Below, piece after piece: positions 43,523 through 46,979 of a stretch of DNA of 46,979 bases. Under the pieces are notes generated by a model. The model was given only the letters and a program-made list of their open reading frames with translations. It had not been told where the DNA came from and made no database searches. Source of the DNA: a virus (lineage: Duplodnaviria > Caudoviricetes); IMG/VR virus record IMGVR_UViG_3300011338_000704, positions 1-46,979 of that record. One strand, written 5' to 3'. Made by a program: the position numbers and the translations under genes. How positions within the stretch are numbered: the stretch's first letter is position 1; each line of letters starts with the position of its first letter.

Positions 43523-43977
43523 AGCGTGGGCTCCGCTTGGTCCGTCTGGAGATACTCGCGCACGGCCGGGCCGGTGTCGATGTTGGCGGCCGACAGGTGT
43601 CGCCGCAGCGAGAGGTTCTCCTCCCGCACCTGGCGCAGCTCGCCGCGCAGGGCCACGGTCTCGGCCTGCGCCTGACCGGCCGCGATCTCGGCCAGCTCCA
43701 TCCTTTCGGTCGCGTGCATCAGGTCGACGCGGGCCTGCGCCAAGTCCTTCAGGGCGGCGTCGAGCTGCGTGCGGGTTGCCGCCACCAGCCGGTCGAAGCC
43801 CTCATGGATCGTGCGCTCGACCGTGGCGTGGGCGACGATCTGCGCCGCCTCGGCCTGGATGCTGTCGGGCTTGGCCTTGAACTTGGCGGCCAGCAGGATG
43901 CCGATGGCTGTCGCGGCGGCCCCGAAAGCCGCCGCCGCCTCCCTCGGCAAGGTCGAGAAGAACGCATCGTCGGCCAT
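43519..43977 (-). CDS. Membrane-anchored coiled-coil protein (holin/antiholin-like)
   Basis: N-terminal hydrophobic helix plus coiled coil; GGAGG-like SD before MADD. Confidence 0.6.
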   Translation of the reverse strand: MADDAFFSTLPREAAAAFGAAATAIGILLAAKFKAKPDSIQAEAAQIVAHATVERTIHEGFDRLVAATRTQLDAALKDLAQARVDLMHATERMELAEIAAGQAQAETVALRGELRQVREENLSLRRHLSAANIDTGPAVREYLQTDQAEPTL

Positions 43978-43988
43978 GTCGAAACCCT

Positions 43989-44228
43989 CTAGGGTTGTTC
44001 GACGTCCGTGTCGAATACCACTTCGTCCTCCAGCAACAGCGAGGGCGTAATCACCTCGACCCGCCATGGTTTCGTGCTCCTGTTTCCGGCCGTGCCGATC
44101 TCCACCTGTTCGACCGGCCACGGAAGGGTCAACGCGGTATTGCGCTGTTCGGCCACAGCCATGTGCTGGCCCGCCAGGTTGGACCGGGCTTCAGCCTCGG
44201 CCTGCGTGTCGTAGGTCAGGTAGCGCAT
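43989..44228 (-). CDS. Hypothetical protein after the tail fibre (possible chaperone)
   Basis: 79 aa, TGATG coupling. Confidence 0.6.
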   Translation of the reverse strand: MRYLTYDTQAEAEARSNLAGQHMAVAEQRNTALTLPWPVEQVEIGTAGNRSTKPWRVEVITPSLLLEDEVVFDTDVEQP

Positions 44229-46979
44229 CAGACCTGGCTCCGGTTGCCGTGGATGGTGAGGGTCGTGGACCCGGCGTCGATGGTCGAGCCGGTCGGATTG
44301 TAGAGCGTCATCGACAGGGTGTTGTCGGCGCTGATCCAGGCGTTGGTGATCTCCAGCCCCGTGCTCTCAAGCCCGCAGACGCGCGTGATGGTGTCGCGGG
44401 CCGAGCGGGTGTTGGTGATGGTCACTGTGACGGTCGAGCGAACGGTCGTCGCCAGAGAGGGCGGGTTGTAGCTGACGGTCGCCCGCCAATCGAGCCCGGT
44501 GCGGGGGTCGAGCGTGGCCGCCGCCAGAGACGGGTACATCGTCTCGTAGTTGGGGTAGCGGTCAGGGGCGAGCGCGATCAGGTTGTTGGTGTGGACGGTG
44601 TAGAGCTTGCCCTCGGCGGCCGAGGTGATGTTGCAGTCGTAGGTGTTGCCGCCGATCCGCGCCGAGCCGGTGATCGAGACCACCTTCTCGTCGCCGCCAT
44701 AGGTCGACAGGGCCAGCCGGTCGAAGAAGACCTGGTTGCGCTGGAAGGTGACGTCGGTGTCGTAAATGTTGATCGGCGGCGAGCTGTTGGTCTGGGCCAG
44801 AAGCAGGCGGCCAGAGCCCGCGCCGGTCAGGTCGATGGCGGTTCCGGCGGTAGCGTTGGCAGAGCTGCTCGCCAGGTAAACGTAGTCGGGCTCGTTCTCG
44901 TCGAAGAAGGGGTAGTAGGTGGTCCCGAGCGTCAGGCCGGTCGGCGCGGTGCCGACACCGTTGACGTCCTGCCGCAGCTTCAGCAGCTCGGCGGTGTAGA
45001 CGCCCTCACCCCGCACACTCATGGGAATGTGGATACGGTTGTTGACGGTGTCGACGTCCAGCGCCCCATCGAACGACAGATCGCGCGGGGTGTGGATGAT
45101 CGTGCAGTCGCTCATCTCGTACTGCGAGCCGGGGAAGTACCAGGCCGTCTGCGTGCCGGTGCCTGCGGTGCTGGGCACGATCCAGGTTCCGTTGGCCGCA
45201 TCCATGAGGGATGCCGCGATGCGGAACTCGGTGTCGCTAATCCTATCGGCGTAGTAGGTTTTACCCGGCTTCAGCTCGGGCGGCAGGGTGGTCCCTCCCT
45301 TCACGCGGATGGTGGTGAAGTCGTACTTGCCGAAGCCGTGCGAGGTGGCCGAGACGATGGTGCTGGAGGCGGGCGTGTAGGTCAGCGTCTTCGGCGCGCT
45401 GATCTCGTTGAACTCGACGATCTGGCGGGCTCCGCGCAGCTCGACGCCCCGGAAGATCGTGCCCTGGCGATAGACGCTCGACGGCCCGTGGTAGGCCTGC
45501 GGGCACTTCAGCTCGAAGACACCGCCCTGCACCAGCAGGCGCTCGACGTAGACTTGCCACGGGGCGAGCGATCCGTTCCACGGGTGGACCCCGGAGCAGT
45601 CGATGACGTCGATGGTGCCGACGTTGGGGTGGCTGTTGTAGAGCACGAACCAGTGCGTGCCGGTGCCCTGGCTGGCCAGGTCGATGGCGTTGCCTGCCAG
45701 CGCGTCCTCGTAGGTGCGGGCCAGCTTGAAGACCGTCGAGCTGGTCTTGAACAGGTAGTAGTCGGTCTTGGTCGCCAGGCCGCCCGGCAGGGTGCCGTCG
45801 CTCCAGCAGCGGACCTTGCTCGGGATTTGCCCGGCGAAGACGGCGGGCAGGGTCAGGCCGGTCTTGGTGAAGCTGTTGGCCGTGGCGTCCACATCGGCCG
45901 CGATGACGGACTGCTCGACCCGGTTCAGGCCCCAGTCTCCCTGCGCCGCGATGAAGGAGCCGATGGCCCCGTCGAAGCGGTGCCCGATGAACTTCACCCC
46001 GTCGACCTGGTAAGGCCCCTGGCGCTGGGGCTCGAAGTCGAAGCAGGCGCGCGGCGGATAGCCCCGGTACTGGTAGCTGACCGATCCGTCGTCAATGTCG
46101 CCGGTCTTGAACTTCGGCAGCTCGCCGATGTTGACGCCGATATCCAGCGTCTGGCCGCCGACAACGACCAGGCCCTCGTATCGCTTGGCGATATCCCGGC
46201 CGCCGATGCCGATGGGGCTCATCCCCTGACGGCGGCATGGACCCTGCTGAATGTTCTCGAAGTAGCACTTATGCGACCGGCCCTCGGGCGCGTAGAGAAC
46301 GTCAGTCGACATGTCGGGCTCGGGGTAGCCCTCGACGCTCCCCAGCGTGATGCCGCCCGAGCTGTTGAGGTTGCGGTGCGCGAGCACCACGGCGTCCTGC
46401 GCCATGTCGAAAAACACGCAGTCACGGAACACCAGGTTATAGGCCCCGATGGCGTTGACGGCGTAGGAGAAGCACTCACCCGAGGTGCCTGCCGTCGTCT
46501 TGTTGTAGCGCCACTGGCCGTCGATATGGAGCCCCTCGAACAGGCCGTTGCGGCACTTCCACAGGTAGAAGGGGATCATGGTGTCCTTCAGCCGGTAGAT
46601 GCTGCTGAAGTCAGCCGGGGCCACGCTGAAGTCCCCGTCGAGGATCATCTTGCATCCGCGCATGTCGAACACAAAGCCGTTCCAGCCCACGCCGCGCGGG
46701 GTGTCCTCGGTCGTGTTGATGAAGGAGCCCGAGCAGGTGCGCCCGTCCCACAGGGTGACGGTCTCGGTGTCGTAGGTGATCGAGGTGTGGTTGATCCAGT
46801 CGAAGAAGTAGTTGGACCCCGGACGCCCCTTGAGGTGGAAGGACTGCTGGAAATTCAGCCAGTCGAACATATGCGCCCAGGCCTGGCGGTTGTCGGTCGG
46901 AGTGTTCTGCACCACGTCGGCCGCGCGGCGAAGGCCGGTCCAGTCGGTGTACTCCTCGCAGATCACCTCGGCGTCGCCG
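44228..46979 (-). CDS. Tail fibre/tailspike, 3' part (beta-helix-like with three internal repeats)
   Basis: In-frame continuation of 870..1; MFGAVGD..DN..AW beta-helix cap; three LP.GL....YY repeats. Confidence 0.85.
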   Translation of the reverse strand, partial: GDAEVICEEYTDWTGLRRAADVVQNTPTDNRQAWAHMFDWLNFQQSFHLKGRPGSNYFFDWINHTSITYDTETVTLWDGRTCSGSFINTTEDTPRGVGWNGFVFDMRGCKMILDGDFSVAPADFSSIYRLKDTMIPFYLWKCRNGLFEGLHIDGQWRYNKTTAGTSGECFSYAVNAIGAYNLVFRDCVFFDMAQDAVVLAHRNLNSSGGITLGSVEGYPEPDMSTDVLYAPEGRSHKCYFENIQQGPCRRQGMSPIGIGGRDIAKRYEGLVVVGGQTLDIGVNIGELPKFKTGDIDDGSVSYQYRGYPPRACFDFEPQRQGPYQVDGVKFIGHRFDGAIGSFIAAQGDWGLNRVEQSVIAADVDATANSFTKTGLTLPAVFAGQIPSKVRCWSDGTLPGGLATKTDYYLFKTSSTVFKLARTYEDALAGNAIDLASQGTGTHWFVLYNSHPNVGTIDVIDCSGVHPWNGSLAPWQVYVERLLVQGGVFELKCPQAYHGPSSVYRQGTIFRGVELRGARQIVEFNEISAPKTLTYTPASSTIVSATSHGFGKYDFTTIRVKGGTTLPPELKPGKTYYADRISDTEFRIAASLMDAANGTWIVPSTAGTGTQTAWYFPGSQYEMSDCTIIHTPRDLSFDGALDVDTVNNRIHIPMSVRGEGVYTAELLKLRQDVNGVGTAPTGLTLGTTYYPFFDENEPDYVYLASSSANATAGTAIDLTGAGSGRLLLAQTNSSPPINIYDTDVTFQRNQVFFDRLALSTYGGDEKVVSITGSARIGGNTYDCNITSAAEGKLYTVHTNNLIALAPDRYPNYETMYPSLAAATLDPRTGLDWRATVSYNPPSLATTVRSTVTVTITNTRSARDTITRVCGLESTGLEITNAWISADNTLSMTLYNPTGSTIDAGSTTLTIHGNRSQV
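46853..46979. repeat. 127-bp exact terminal overlap (copy 2)
   Basis: Identical to 1-127. Confidence 0.97.

Noticed and set aside
46853-46979. 127-bp terminal repeat as a biological direct terminal repeat
   Set aside because: It falls mid-gene and its length equals a common assembler k-mer, so it is best explained as a circularisation overlap.
43989-46979. Diversity-generating retroelement, expected from BPP-1 relatedness
   Set aside because: No reverse transcriptase ORF and no template/variable repeat pair seen near the tail fibre.
1-46979. CRISPR array, tRNA or rRNA genes, IS elements
   Set aside because: No regularly spaced repeats, cloverleaf-like sequences or transposase motifs noticed; tRNAscan-SE and Infernal would be needed to confirm absence.

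Overview
The window is a complete, circularly permuted genome of a high-GC podophage. Unique length is 46,852 bp, because bases 1-127 are repeated exactly at 46853-46979. The morphogenesis module is BPP-1/epsilon15-like: TerL, head-tail connector portal, scaffold, major capsid, cement protein, tail tubular A/B and three ejection proteins. A ~1,164-aa tail fibre/spike gene crosses the contig junction. The genome also has a holin/GH108 endolysin/spanin lysis cassette, a RecE/RecT-type recombination operon, a DUF1376 lambda-like replication module and many small accessory ORFs. I found no integrase, CI-like repressor, tRNA, CRISPR array or reverse transcriptase. The host is probably an alphaproteobacterium such as a Caulobacteraceae member (inference from GC content and promoter style). 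The most interesting observations are: (1) a 3,706-aa polyvalent ejection protein carrying a string of enzyme-like domains, with two short overprinted +1-frame genes in the linkers directly after two of those domains (candidate built-in antidotes); (2) a structured leader RNA at the divergent early promoter whose loop is complementary over 11-13 nt to the ribosome-binding sites of four downstream start codons, a candidate antisense-RNA switch replacing a protein repressor; (3) a pair of covarying UNCG hairpins flanking a DUF932 gene; (4) a tail nozzle gene split in frame. All family assignments are from motif recognition by eye, not from database searches.
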